Assembly (NCBI RefSeq): GCF_018350175.1
Contig: NC_058368.1
Location: forward strand, 54,500,001 to 54,564,000
Direction: 5' to 3'
From: Felis catus
Taxonomy: Eukaryota
Length of the DNA stretch: 64,000 nucleotides
The position numbers and the translations under genes were made by a program. The notes under the pieces are model-generated. The model searched no databases, had not been told where the DNA came from, and saw nothing but the letters and a program-made list of their open reading frames with translations. Below, one piece after another: positions 25,414-37,411 of the stretch; within the stretch, counting starts at the first letter, position 1; the number at the start of each line of letters is the position of its first letter.

Positions 25414-25489
25414 GAGCCAGCTTGATCATTTGATCTAAATATCAAAGCACAGAGCCAGCTTGATCATTTGATCTAAATATCAAAGCACA
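25414..25489 (+). repeat. Perfect 38-bp tandem duplication
   Basis: gagccagcttgatcatttgatctaaatatcaaagcaca at 25414-25451 and again at 25452-25489, with no mismatch. Confidence 0.97.
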
Positions 25490-26071
25490 CAGTAACCTCA
25501 GCTGATGCCTTGGCTAAATTTTGACTAGTTAATATTTAAATAGGAATTGTTTTGGTTATTTGACCAAAATTCTCCCAGGAGTTCAGACTGAAAATGCTTA
25601 ATTGTTAAATTTGACAATTTAGAGATTGAACAGGTTTAAAAGTAGGAGAAATATTATATAAAATGTCTTGTGAGCTTTCACCATGTCACTGACCCTTTTA
25701 GAACATGTTTATATTAAAATTCCTTTGTTCTCATTCATAAATACCAAACAACACATCTCACCTAATTTCATTGCAGATAAAGGCTAAAAAGACTATGTTC
25801 CACACCTTATATAAAAGCTGCTGTAATAAAGATTATGAAAAGTTGAAGCCATGTTCTCAGGTACTTGGGGAAAAAAGTATTAATAAAGAAAATTGCAAAT
25901 AAAATAAAATATTTCCTTTTTCAAAAATACATATATTTTAGATTTTAATATACTGATATGTATATATCTATATATCTATCTCTATATACACACACAGACA
26001 CACACACACACAAATTATATTATACGGCTTGATGAATTTTCAGAATGGACACACCAAACTAAATGGTCAGT

Positions 26072-26074
<3 letters not shown>

Positions 26075-26117
<43 letters not shown>
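26075..26117 (+). repeat. (CA)21 microsatellite
   Basis: Perfect ca array. Confidence 0.97.
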
Positions 26118-26119
<2 letters not shown>

Positions 26120-26639
26120 GTTGTGATTATTTGGACTGCAATAACTCCATGAAGCAATGTGGGAAGGGAATAATTATCATTTTTACATCACTGAGTCCTC
26201 AGTGATGCAGTGATGAAATCCTCAGTGAGAAGTTCTAGCTCTTCTAATTCATCCATCCATTTTAATTTTTTTAAAACCCCCTAGATATTCAGTTATTTAT
26301 CTATTCATCAACACATACATTTGGAGATACAATTATGGATGAACCTATCTTTTGTTCTTTGAGTAGTTTTAAGCTAATGGGGTAAATGGGATATGCACAT
26401 GAATGACAATAACGCAAGTTGAGCCATTTTAAATTCTTGGAAATGGTACACATAAAATGAAAACGAATTTCGAAAAAAATAATGAATACAAAACACAATC
26501 AAGAATGACTTCATGGAAGAGAAAGCTTTTGAATTAGTCCTTGAAGGAAGGAGCAAATTAAAACATACAGCAAGAGGGTGACGACATTGTAAGCACAGCA
26601 AACCCACTACATAAAGTTGGGCTGGCAAAGATGTAAACA

Positions 26640-26783
26640 GCACGGGTAGATTGTTAAATCTTACACCCAGAGTTTTTGTTTCAATATTTCTGGGATGATG
26701 GAGCCTGAGAATTTGCGTATCTTACAATTATTCATCTGATTAGGACACTATTGGTTCAAAGACTACAGTTAGAGAACCACTGT
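26640..26783 (+). mobile_element. MER5A-like hAT-Charlie MITE remnant
   Basis: 'acccagagtttttgtttcaatatttctgggatgatggagcctgagaatttgcgtat..gagaaccactg' follows the MER5A pattern, including the terminal 'gaaccactg'. Confidence 0.75.
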
Positions 26784-28746
26784 CCCATTATAAAGCAGAA
26801 TCTCCCTTGGTGCAGGCAGAAGGCTCCCTTCGATCTTCTGATTCCTCTAATCCATGTCATCTGCATCGCATACCCAGCCTGAGCAATACTTGTAGCCTGG
26901 ATGCTCTTGTTGGACAGGCCCTGATCCTAGTCCCACCTTTGTATCTTGGAGCAAGGTCATATAGACTCATGGAAGAAAAAGGGAAGTAAGAATCTAAAAA
27001 GGACAGAAGGGAAGGAGTCCTAGCCAAACACAAATGTTCATCAATGGGCTTTCACTCACAGCTCTCCGAATATATTGAATTATTAATAAAAACAGACATT
27101 GTACTCTCCATTAAAAATAAGTTTAAATGATTGGACAAATTCACTGAAAATGTGGCATTTGGACTTATAATGTAATAATATCAACCATAACGTGGAAGAC
27201 TGGATACATTTTAAAAACATTTCAATATATAACGCATAGTGGTTGAGAAGACCCTGTTATAAATTTATTTGTGAATTATATCCTGAAAATGAGATTAGTT
27301 CAGTATCAACATGTTGCATACCTCAGGGTGGGTAGCATTCACTTTGTATGCTCTGTAAGTGGGAAACCATGCAGTTGTATAACACGGTTGATCCTTCATT
27401 ACTTTCAAAATTTTCCATAAGGTATAGCTCATTAGGTAGATAACCATTTTCTTGGATTTGGCACTTTATTGGTCACTGTTACAATAAAGTTTTTTTTTAA
27501 GGAAAGCATTTTTTACTAATCTAGAAAATATTTCTTCCTTGGCAGGTATGGTTTCTGCCAGTCTAGATGGAGCCTGCTCTAAGAACTCTCACTGTGGATC
27601 TGGATTCTTACATATGCATCCTTTCTCTAAACCTGCTGACTAGAGTCCCAGAATGTCTGCATTCCCACAAATCCATAATCTGCCTATGGGACAGTGATAA
27701 AGTTACTCACTTGATAGTACTAACTTAAAGAGTTATAGCATAGCAAATTTTTTATTTGTTTGCACACACATTTAGCTATGACACATTAGCAACAGATAGA
27801 AAGCCTTCTAGCAAATTTCCCACCAGCGAAAATTGCTCATGGAGAAAAAAACTATTACAGCCCACCTGAAGTTTAAACTTGTGAAAACTCGTGTCCAAAT
27901 ACAGATAAAGTTATTTCCGAATAAAATGGCCATGGGAGGGATGTTTTCACACATTTTAATTTTATGAGAAATAGGTAATTTGAGGATAAATAGCAAAAGC
28001 AAGGGAATCATTCTTTAAGCAGACATGTTATCCTATGAACTTGCCTTTGTGAAAAACTGCCATGAGCATATTTAAGGGCTTATTGTTCTGTTTTCTGTGT
28101 ATATGAGCTATGATCCTACATCTGGGGAATGAGTTATGAAATGGAAAATGTTCCCTGGCCTGAAACAGAGCTGTTCCGGTGTTGCTTTGGCGTGGTGACA
28201 ACACTTAAAAATTCTTCTTAGTCCCCCCAAAAATAAATAAAAGTTGGAAAAAAAATTCTTCTTAGTGCAGCCAGAATTGAGAGTCTCAATTTCTCTCAAA
28301 CAGTAAGGTAAAAACAATCCTAATTTGCATACTTCACTTGTTTGATTTTATAATTTTGACCAAGAAATCACAACAGCAACTTGTGTATTCAATTATATGA
28401 TAATTTTGAAGCATCCTTTCTCATTTTTTAATTTGCTTTCAAATACCATTTAATATCTAACTAAAAAAACAAGTAAAACATGTGTGAATATTTGTATCGC
28501 TGTCCAAAAGACATAGATGAGTAGCAATGAAATAAATATCATGATTTTTTCCTTGGCTCCAGGTTTGTTGGTTATGGACACAACAAGTTAAGAAGTGTGA
28601 TCTTTTTTATAATGCTGTGTCTCTATTATTTGGAGATGATTTGTCCAGTTGTCAACAGAGTTAATCTAATTTCCTAGTAGTTTGTAGCTGGATGGTATGA
28701 AGAGAAGCATGAGGTGATTTCAGCATAAACCTATTAACTTAAAAAA

Positions 28747-28966
28747 TTTTTTTTTCTATGTTTATTCATTTTTGAGAGAGAGAAAGAGAGAGAGACAGAG
28801 CATGAGCAAGGGAGGAGAGAGAGAGAGGGAGACAGAATTTGAAGCAGGCTCCAGGCTCTGAGCTGTCAGCACAGAGCCTGACGCAGAAACTAGAACTCAC
28901 GGACTGAGAGATCATGACCTGAACTGAAATCAGGATGCTTAACCAATTGAGCCACCCAGGCATCCC
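28747..28966 (-). mobile_element. Can-SINE
   Basis: Full length, ending 'gagccacccaggcatccc'. Confidence 0.95.
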
Positions 28967-29175
28967 TTAATTTTTTATTAGTAGTACTTCATTAAGTTTG
29001 TTGGAAGAGAAAAATATGCATGTACTAAAACATTTATGTTATGTTAAAACATAATGTTATTTTGTAATACCTCTTAATATTGAATTATTTTTTCTAAGGG
29101 CTAAAGATTGTAAAATGCTTGAGAGAATCTTTTGTTTTTCAATTTAGACATGCTTTTTAAAAATTTGTTTACACA

Positions 29176-31905
29176 GGACATCAGCAAGATGGCAGAATAA
29201 GAGGTCGCCTGATCATATCCCAAACAATAATTTTGCACCCATCCATGGGCAAAAGTGCTTCTGTGGGAGCTATGAGATCCAGGTAAGGGGTTTGGAAGCA
29301 ATTTTGGACAAGGAAGTGACAAAGGAAGGTCATTTAAGATGGTTGGCTCATGTGCAGATGGCAAGCTTGTAGTCTGTGGTTCTGGTTACAGATCCAGAAA
29401 CAGCCACACCCCCTATGAATTTGGCTACAACCTTACTTGGTCTTGGTCTTGTCATCAGCACCATCTACCAAGGGACCTAGGAGGAGCCATACCTGTTCAT
29501 GCCTTGAGTAACAAGTCTGCCAAATTCAGGTCCCAGCTGTGCATCATGAAGCAGTCCATGGGCCCTCTCTAATCACTGGAGAGTGATGTAAATAGCAACA
29601 CTGACGATGTAAAAAAAAAAATGGTGGGGGAGAATAAAAGTGTAAAGTTTTTGTGTGCAAAGTTAAGTTGTTATTAGCTTAAAATAAATTGCTAGAAGTA
29701 TAAAGTGTCTTATATAAGCCTCATGATAATCACAAAGAAAAAAATTGTGATAGACATGCAAAGGACAAAGAAAAAAACAGCGTGAAAACTACAAAAAGAA
29801 TCAAATCACAAAGGGAGGTTACAAGAGAAGAAAGGAACAAAGAAACTATGAAACGGAAAACAACAAATGATAAGAGTAAGTCCTTACTTATCAATAATTA
29901 CTTCAAATGTAAATGGATTAAATTCTCCAATCAAAGAGCATGTAGTTACTGAATGAATGAAAAATACAATCAACAATATGTTGCTGCAAGATGCTCACTT
30001 CCTTTAAGGCAATACATAGGCTCAAAGTGAAAAACCCTATTCCATGGAAATGATAAACAAAAAGCACAGGGTGGCTATATTCATTTCAGATGAAACAGAC
30101 TTGTCAAAATCTGTCACAAAAGGCAAAGACGGTCACTATAGAATGACAGATGTGTCAGTTCATCAAGCGTATATAATAATTGTAAATATATATGTATCCA
30201 ACATTGGAGCACCTAAATATATAAATAAAGCAAATATTAACAGGCCTAAGGTAGAGACAGGAATGCAATAATAGTAGGAGACTTCAATATTCCACTAATA
30301 ACAATGGATATATCATTCAGATAGAAAATTAATTAGGACACACTACAGTGTCAATTACACTTCAGACCAACAGACCTAACAGACATACTGGACATTCCAT
30401 CCACAGCAATCCTAAAATTCATATAAAACCACAAAAGACCCTGCCAAAACAATCTTGAGCAAGAACAAAGCTGGAACCATCACACAACCTGATTTCAAAC
30501 TATATTACAAAGCAATGGTCTTCAAAAGATCATGGTATTGGTATAAAAACAGACCAATAAAACAGAATACACAGCCTAATAATAAGCCCATGCATATATG
30601 GTCAACTATCTTCGACAAAGATGCTAAGAATACAAGGTGGGGAAAAGATGGTCTCTTCAGTAAATGGTGCTGAGAAAACTGGATATCCACATGAAAAGGG
30701 ATGAAATTAGACCCTTATCTTACACCATACAGAAAAATCAACTCAAAATGTACTAAAGACTTAAATGTAAAACCTGACACTGTAAAACTCCTAAAATAAA
30801 ATACAGAGAAATCTCTGTACCATTTAGTCTTGACAATGATTTTTGGAGGGGTATGGCACCAAAAACACAGGCACCAAAACCAAAAATAAACAAGTGAAAC
30901 ATCAAACCAAAATACTTCTGCACAGTAAAGAAAACAATAAAATGAAAAGGCAACTTATGGCATGGGAGAAAATATTTGTAAACCATCTCTCTAACAATAG
31001 GTTAGTATCCAAAATATATAAGGACTTCATACAACTCAATAGTAAAATCCCCCCAAATCTGATTAAAAATCAAAGGACTGGAGTAGCCATTTTTCTAAAG
31101 AAGACATACACATGGCCAAAAGGTATATGAAAATATGCTCAATATCACCAATCATCAGGGAAATGCAAGTCAAAACCACAATGAGATATCTAATCTCACT
31201 CCTGTTAGGATGGCTCTGATCAAAACCATGAGAGATAGATAGTGCTGATGAGGCTGTAAATGGCTGTAAATGGAGCCCTTGTGTACTGTTTCGGGGAATG
31301 AAAATTGGCATAGCCAGTATAAAAAATAATACAGAATTTCCTCAAAAAATTTAAAAATATGAATATCATATCATCCAATAATCCCACTTTTGGGTGTATA
31401 TTCAAAGGAAAAGTTCTCAAATAGATTGCTGTTCTCCTATGCTTGTTGCAATATTATTCACAACAGACAAGATATGGAAACAATCTAAATGTCTACCAGC
31501 AGATGGAGGGATAAAGAAAATATGGTGTATATGTATATTTATAATGGGATATAACCCATTCATAAAAAAGAATGAAATCCTGCCATTTGCAACCACATGG
31601 ATGAACCTCAAGGACGTTATGCTAAGTGAAATAAGCTGGACATGGAAAAATAAATGTTCATGATCTCACTTATACATGAAATCTAAAAAAGTCAAACTCA
31701 GAAGCAGAGAGTAAAATGGTGGTTGCTAGATGGGGGGGAATGGGGAGATGTTGGGGAAAGTGTACAAACTTTCTGTTATGAGCCGAATAAGATCTAGGGA
31801 TCTGATATACATCACAGTGACTATAGTTAATAGTACCATTAATTATTGTATTTTAAAACTTGCTAAAGGCGTAGATCTGAAGCGTTCTCACCACACACGC
31901 ACTAG

Positions 31906-31947
<42 letters not shown>

Positions 31948-32150
31948 AATGGTAACTGTGTGAAGTGATGGATGTGTTAATTAGTTTGGCTATAGAAATC
32001 ATTTCACAATGTATATATATTAAATCATGTTGGATGATTTATCCATGATTTATTAAATCATGTTGGATATTAAATCATGTTGGATCATGTTGGATGCCTT
32101 AAATATTTACAGTTTATATTTGTCAATTATACCTCCAGAAAGTTAAAACA
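29176..32150 (+). mobile_element. L1 (L1MA8/9-like 3' end) with both termini but two large internal deletions
   Basis: The 5' end carries a YY1-type 'caagatggc' (29185-29193). The endonuclease reads LSIITSNVNGLNSPIKEH at 29888 and IVNIYVSNIGAPKYI. The ORF2 C-terminal half includes [35 protein letters not shown] and KKNEILPFATTWMNL. The 3' UTR is L1MA-type, ending 'tttgtcaattatacctccagaaagttaaaa'. Confidence 0.92.
31907..31946 (+). repeat. (CA)n microsatellite within the L1 3' UTR
   Basis: About 19 ca units. Confidence 0.95.
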
Positions 32151-33373
32151 TACCTTGAACAAAACATTAAATTTATCAGTTTGGCAAAAATGGCTTATTT
32201 CCTCTTCTACTCTGTTTGATTTCTGGAAAATGATTCTTCATAAATATAAAATATTAAATAAAATATTTAAGTGGAATTAAAAGACAAAAACAAATTTAAT
32301 TATTAAAGATAATAGAACAAAGATGAAAGTAGCTTTATTTTGTAACCTTGTCTTGTATTATATCATTATCAGGCACACCAAATATTGTGATGCTTGAAAA
32401 TTTTCAAGAATAACTTGGAATTACAAAAATTAGGTACTTTGATAGGAAAGTTTATATTTCTATAACACTTATCCAACAATTTCCTAAAATTGAGAGCTAA
32501 TTTGCAAAAAAATAAACATTTTATTCATTGCTACTGTTGTAATAAAATTTAACTGTGGTATGATTAACAGGATTAATGTATTGTTTTATGTGAAATAATT
32601 TTGCATAATCACTTAACCTGCAGTTTTATTGGTTTATCTTACTTACTTACTGTAATAACTAAAGCTGTGATTGACAGAATCTTTTAAGATGTATGTCTTT
32701 TGTTATCCACTATAGAATTGCAATTTTTTTGTTATAACTGCTTCTAGTTTATTAGATTCTTAAATTCGAAATATAGACACTGAATTTCATAAGTTTAAAC
32801 ATTAACAAAATGAAAATTTTCCCTGATAGGCAGATTTTCAAGGTGGGAAATTATGTAAAGATTCTTTCTCTATAGCTGGTTTATTAACAATAAATATTTC
32901 CTCATTAGATATAGAAGTAGGTATTTTCTTAAAATAATATGTACTTAAATGCAGTACATTTTGAATAAACACATGTTCTGATATTACCAATGTGCTAAAT
33001 TGTAAAATTTCTCTCCCACTTCCCTCATTCTTTGTTCTCCTTTTCTTAATTGCATTTACAGTATCAACTATATGGGAGTTTTGCAAACTACAGACAATAG
33101 TGAGCAATTTCATGATTAAAAAACAAGAAAGAAGGAATCCCTGCATGCTTCTCAGTATTTGACATCAGAAAAACTTGAAGTACTTCAGGTTTATAGAGAT
33201 GGAGTCATTACATGTCACCCTGAAGGTACCCATCAGGATAATGCAGGAATGGGTGTTTTCATTAGACAAATGGTCAAGACAGAGAGAGATATTAAGTCAT
33301 GGAAGTCAATGCCTATTTGCATTACTTTTGGGGTAAAATGCTGCTGACACCAATAATGGTACCTAATTTTTTT

Positions 33374-33581
33374 AATTAAAAAAACTTTTTAAACTTTATT
33401 TATTTTGAGAGAGCACAAGCTGGGAAGGGGCAGAGAGAGAGGGTGGGAGGGAGAACCCCAAGCAGGCTCCAAATTGTCAGCGTGGAGCCAGATGTGGGGC
33501 TTCAACTTATGAACCATGAGATCATGACCTGAGTCAAACAAAGAATCCTATGCTTAACCACCTGAGCCACCCAGGCTCCCC
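33374..33581 (-). mobile_element. Can-SINE
   Basis: Ends 'gagccacccaggctcccc'; TSD g(t/c)acctaattttttt on both sides. Confidence 0.94.
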
Positions 33582-34547
33582 AGCACCTAATTTTTTTTTA
33601 ATTGAGCAATTCAATATTTTGATATGTGCTTCATGATGAGTAAGTTGGAGTTCTCTTCACTATCAAATAATAGAAATCCTAACTTAAAAATTTTTAGTAT
33701 ATTGGATAATTGTGGGTTTTGAATTTTTGTTTCTTTTTAGCACACCAGGAATCACTTAGATTTTACTCAGTCATATCTGTGCTTTCCTAGAAGACTTCTA
33801 TATAACATTGTTCATAGTAAAGTATATTTTGCTTGTTTGGCTTTTTCTAGCAGATACTGAGAAATAGCATGTTGGTTTTTTTTGAAGTGTGTTTGCTTTT
33901 CACGTATCAGGGCACAAATATCGTTTTCCAAACTGCCATTATAATTTGTACTCCATCCAAACAAATCTCTTGATTTCATAGTATTATTCCTTTTTGTCCT
34001 GCTCTGTCAGCTCAAACATTTACAAACCAACTCTTCAATTTCAAAATATTAGCCTAAGAAATAGAGATGGGGACATTATTGTGGGGACAGCACCTTCTAT
34101 TGAAGCCAGAGTTGATTCTCATAAGGAATTCAAAATGAGGAAGATTTTAAGTACTGAACAATGACTTTCAAAGTCATCACTTAATTAATCATATTTATCC
34201 TCCCTTGGCAAAATGAAAGCAACAAAGTACCCAGGGCATAGAAATCGCTTTGATACATATTTGTAATAAGAATGATGTTTTTCCTGAGTGAAATACATAA
34301 TGATAATATGTATTTCTGATACATATTATCTGATAATATGTCTAAGCTAAATATTTTCCTTCAGAAATCAAAGGCAGAGATTTATTGATATGAAATCCGC
34401 TCCTTCTCCTGTTCATTCCCCTGTCCTCATGTTTAGTCTCAGACAATTGGTAGAAGCTGGGGAGTAACTGAAGCTGCTATGGAATGAACGTGTATCATCA
34501 ATTCTTTCTCTCAAGTCAGTGAAAAAAACAAACCAAAGAAGGTCATT

Positions 34548-34695
34548 ACCTCCTTCCTTCCTTCCTTCCTTCCTTCCTTCCTTCCTTCCTTCCCTTCCCT
34601 TCCCTTCCCTTCCCTTCCCTTCCCTTCCCTTCCCTTCCCTTCCCTTCCCTTCTTTCCTTCTCTTCCTTCTTTCCTTTCTTTTCTTTCTTTTCCTT
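34548..34695 (+). repeat. Polypyrimidine (CCTT)n(CCCTT)n tract
   Basis: Read directly; source of the PSFL/PFPSL pseudo-ORF 34519..34815. Confidence 0.96.
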
Positions 34696-36964
34696 CTTTG
34701 TTTCCTTTATTCCTCCTTCATCCCATTTTTTTTAATAAGCCTTATGTCTCAGAGAAAACCCTGTAACCAAAAGGTCATTAATGAATTTCTGTTTGATATG
34801 ACTTCCGAATCATGAATTGGCTTTGAAAGCCAACCCAGGAATGTAATTCTTCTAGTGGTAAATAGTCGCCAGTTTCCCAAGAGTTTGGGGCATTTATAGT
34901 TAAAATTTCCTCTTTAGCCTTCTTCTTCGAGCATATCTATAAGAGAAATCTAGCAAGGGAAATTTACTGATGATCTTTTCTAGGGTCTATTCATATTAAT
35001 AAGCCTATAGCAGCATATAGCTTTGATGTTCCTAATTAGTCAACATTTCTGCATATCACCTGGAAAGAGAAAAGCAGTAATTCAGGTACAGGGGCTAAAT
35101 TATAATCATAAGTGATATATTTCTGATATGCTTAAGTGGGCATTAAAGACATATCATTTAAAATTCAAATATAGGTAATGGATAGATATTTGAAAATATT
35201 TTTGAAAACACCCATTGAAAATTGAAGTTAAATAATTTGGCTTATTTAAGGGGTCATTTTAATAAATATTAATACATTATAAATTACACATGCACACTTC
35301 TTATTTCAGTAAAGATATAAAGACTAAACAACAGAAAGCTTTAGAGTATAAAAATTCTAGTGCATAGGAAATAGTCAGAAAGCTTTATAAACACGGAAGT
35401 TAAAGCCCAAATGACTCTGGAGAGTAGTGTAGGTCATTTATCAATTATACATGCAAACAGATTTTTTTTTCTCAAGTAGAACTTCTAAATGAGCTTGTTT
35501 TCTGGTTGAAAACTAAATCTGTGAATCATTCAATACTGCAAAATCAAAAATTAAAACAGTACTATCTTAAATTAGCCTCTGTGTTAAAAATGCCTTTAAC
35601 TTTTGTTAATCTAATTTTCTACTTTGTCAAAATATGTGGTGGTCAGTGTGCTTGTTTTGTGTAGTTTTTGGTGATATGCACTTCCTACCTCCCTCAACGT
35701 GTTTAGAATGAATGCACTGTTTGTATACAGCAAAAGACCATCAGAACCTCTCTACTTAATGGAGTTTAGTCTAGAATTGCTTGCCATAAACAAAGATGAG
35801 AAAAACGTCACTTGCTTTCCCCAGGAATGTGCTCTAGTGTCTGAAGTTTTCGTTTTATGAGCTTAGCATGTTGCTTCAAATGAATTTCAATTTTGTAAAA
35901 CAAGCTGTAGATATTCTTAGGCTTGATTTTTTTAAATGTGTGATAGCTAATTAGCTAAGATAGAAACTTAAGTTTGATTCATCAGAAATAAATTTTTTTT
36001 TTCAGTAGTATTGGGGAAGCTGGAAAATGCATATTGCTTCTTTTATTGAGAAGTTGAATTCCATTCAATTATTTATATATGATAAGCTTATTATGGGCCA
36101 ACCATTGTCATAAGTGATGTAGGAACTGCTCAGTGGCCTAGGCTTGTCACCAAGAAAATAGCAATTTGAAAGCCCCTTATGGCCAGAGTCACAGAACTAG
36201 AAAGTGACTGATGTTTACTGCTTCCTTCCCAAAGTAATCTGTAACTGTGTGTGTTGGTTCAGTGTCCGTGGATGACTGACAGTGAGGTGAAAGTAAGTAT
36301 GCAAGATATCTCACTGCTTTCCTGATGCTACCGTGTGGGTCCTTGCATTTTTCTGGGCTTTCCATGTTACTTGGAACAGAGAAATAAATGAAGCTTGAAA
36401 AACCTCACAAGCTAAATAAAAAGCATCACTGTTTCTGTTTCTAACTTCCCTTATGTATTAAAAATATTTAGCTTAACTTTAGCTATACAGATAGCTCATT
36501 CAGGTAACACTTCTACTAGAAGCTATTAAGATAGAAGATGGTTGGAAAAATAATTAGAAAAATAAAACCACGCATTTGAAGAAAGGCTTTATTTTTGTCT
36601 ATTAGCATAAAGTGTGGCATTTCAACTACCTCTTCACTAAGTCATACAAAGCTTATTTTTTTAGTCTATTTTATCAATAACTAAATTTTTGATTTTCGGC
36701 CACCATGAGGAATGCATATTCGAAATAAATAAGTTACCTGGCTTAAATATTCGAAGAGAATTTTGAGTAGTAAAATTGACTCAGAGGGAGAAATTACGAA
36801 TGGCTGCATTTTACCTCAGGGAATATCTAATAATTGTAGGATCTAACATTCTGGTGCCCCTTTTGAGGTCCAGGGTTAAGAGAGGATCACTGAATTTCTA
36901 CGTCTTGAGCAATTGAATATAAAGTAGAGGTGGTTTATGAGTTGAATAGGAAGTAAACACATAT

Positions 36965-37183
36965 GTTTTAAGGCTCAAGCAACATCCTGGGTATGTTATC
37001 TGGGGAAAGTCAGTTAACCTCTTAGTTTTCCTGCTTGTTAAAAAAAAAGTATGAAAATACATGTCTTATTTACCGTATTGGGTTGGTATGAGCTTACACG
37101 AAACTGTTAGGGAAATGTCTGACAATTTTAACACTTACTACAAATAAACAGGGTCCTTACATTTTATCAATCATTATTATTAT
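36965..37183 (+). mobile_element. MIR (diverged)
   Basis: 'tatctggggaaagtcagttaacctcttagttttcctgcttgttaaaa' core and an (att)n end. Confidence 0.6.
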
Positions 37184-37206
37184 CAACATCACTTCATGTC
37201 CTCAGC

Positions 37207-37411
37207 TTTTCTTAAATGTTAACTTATTTTTGAGAGCGAGAGAGGGAACATGTGAGCGGGGGAGGGGCAGAGAGAGAGAGGAAGATAGAGGATCCCAGGC
37301 CGGCTCTGCGCGGACTGCAGAAAGCCCACATGGGGCTCGAACTCCCAGACAGTGAGTTGGTGACCTGAGCTGAAGTTGGGTGCTTAACGGACTGAGTCAC
37401 CCAGGCACCCC
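37207..37411 (-). mobile_element. Can-SINE
   Basis: Ends 'gagtcacccaggcacccc'. Confidence 0.93.

Noticed and set aside
25414..25489. 38-bp repeat as a CRISPR-like array
   Set aside because: Two adjacent copies with no spacers, no cas genes, and a mammalian context.
30044..31663. ORFs 30044..30271, 30455..30673, 30843..31130 and 31394..31663 as host CDS
   Set aside because: Frameshifted, stop-riddled L1 ORF2p remnants.
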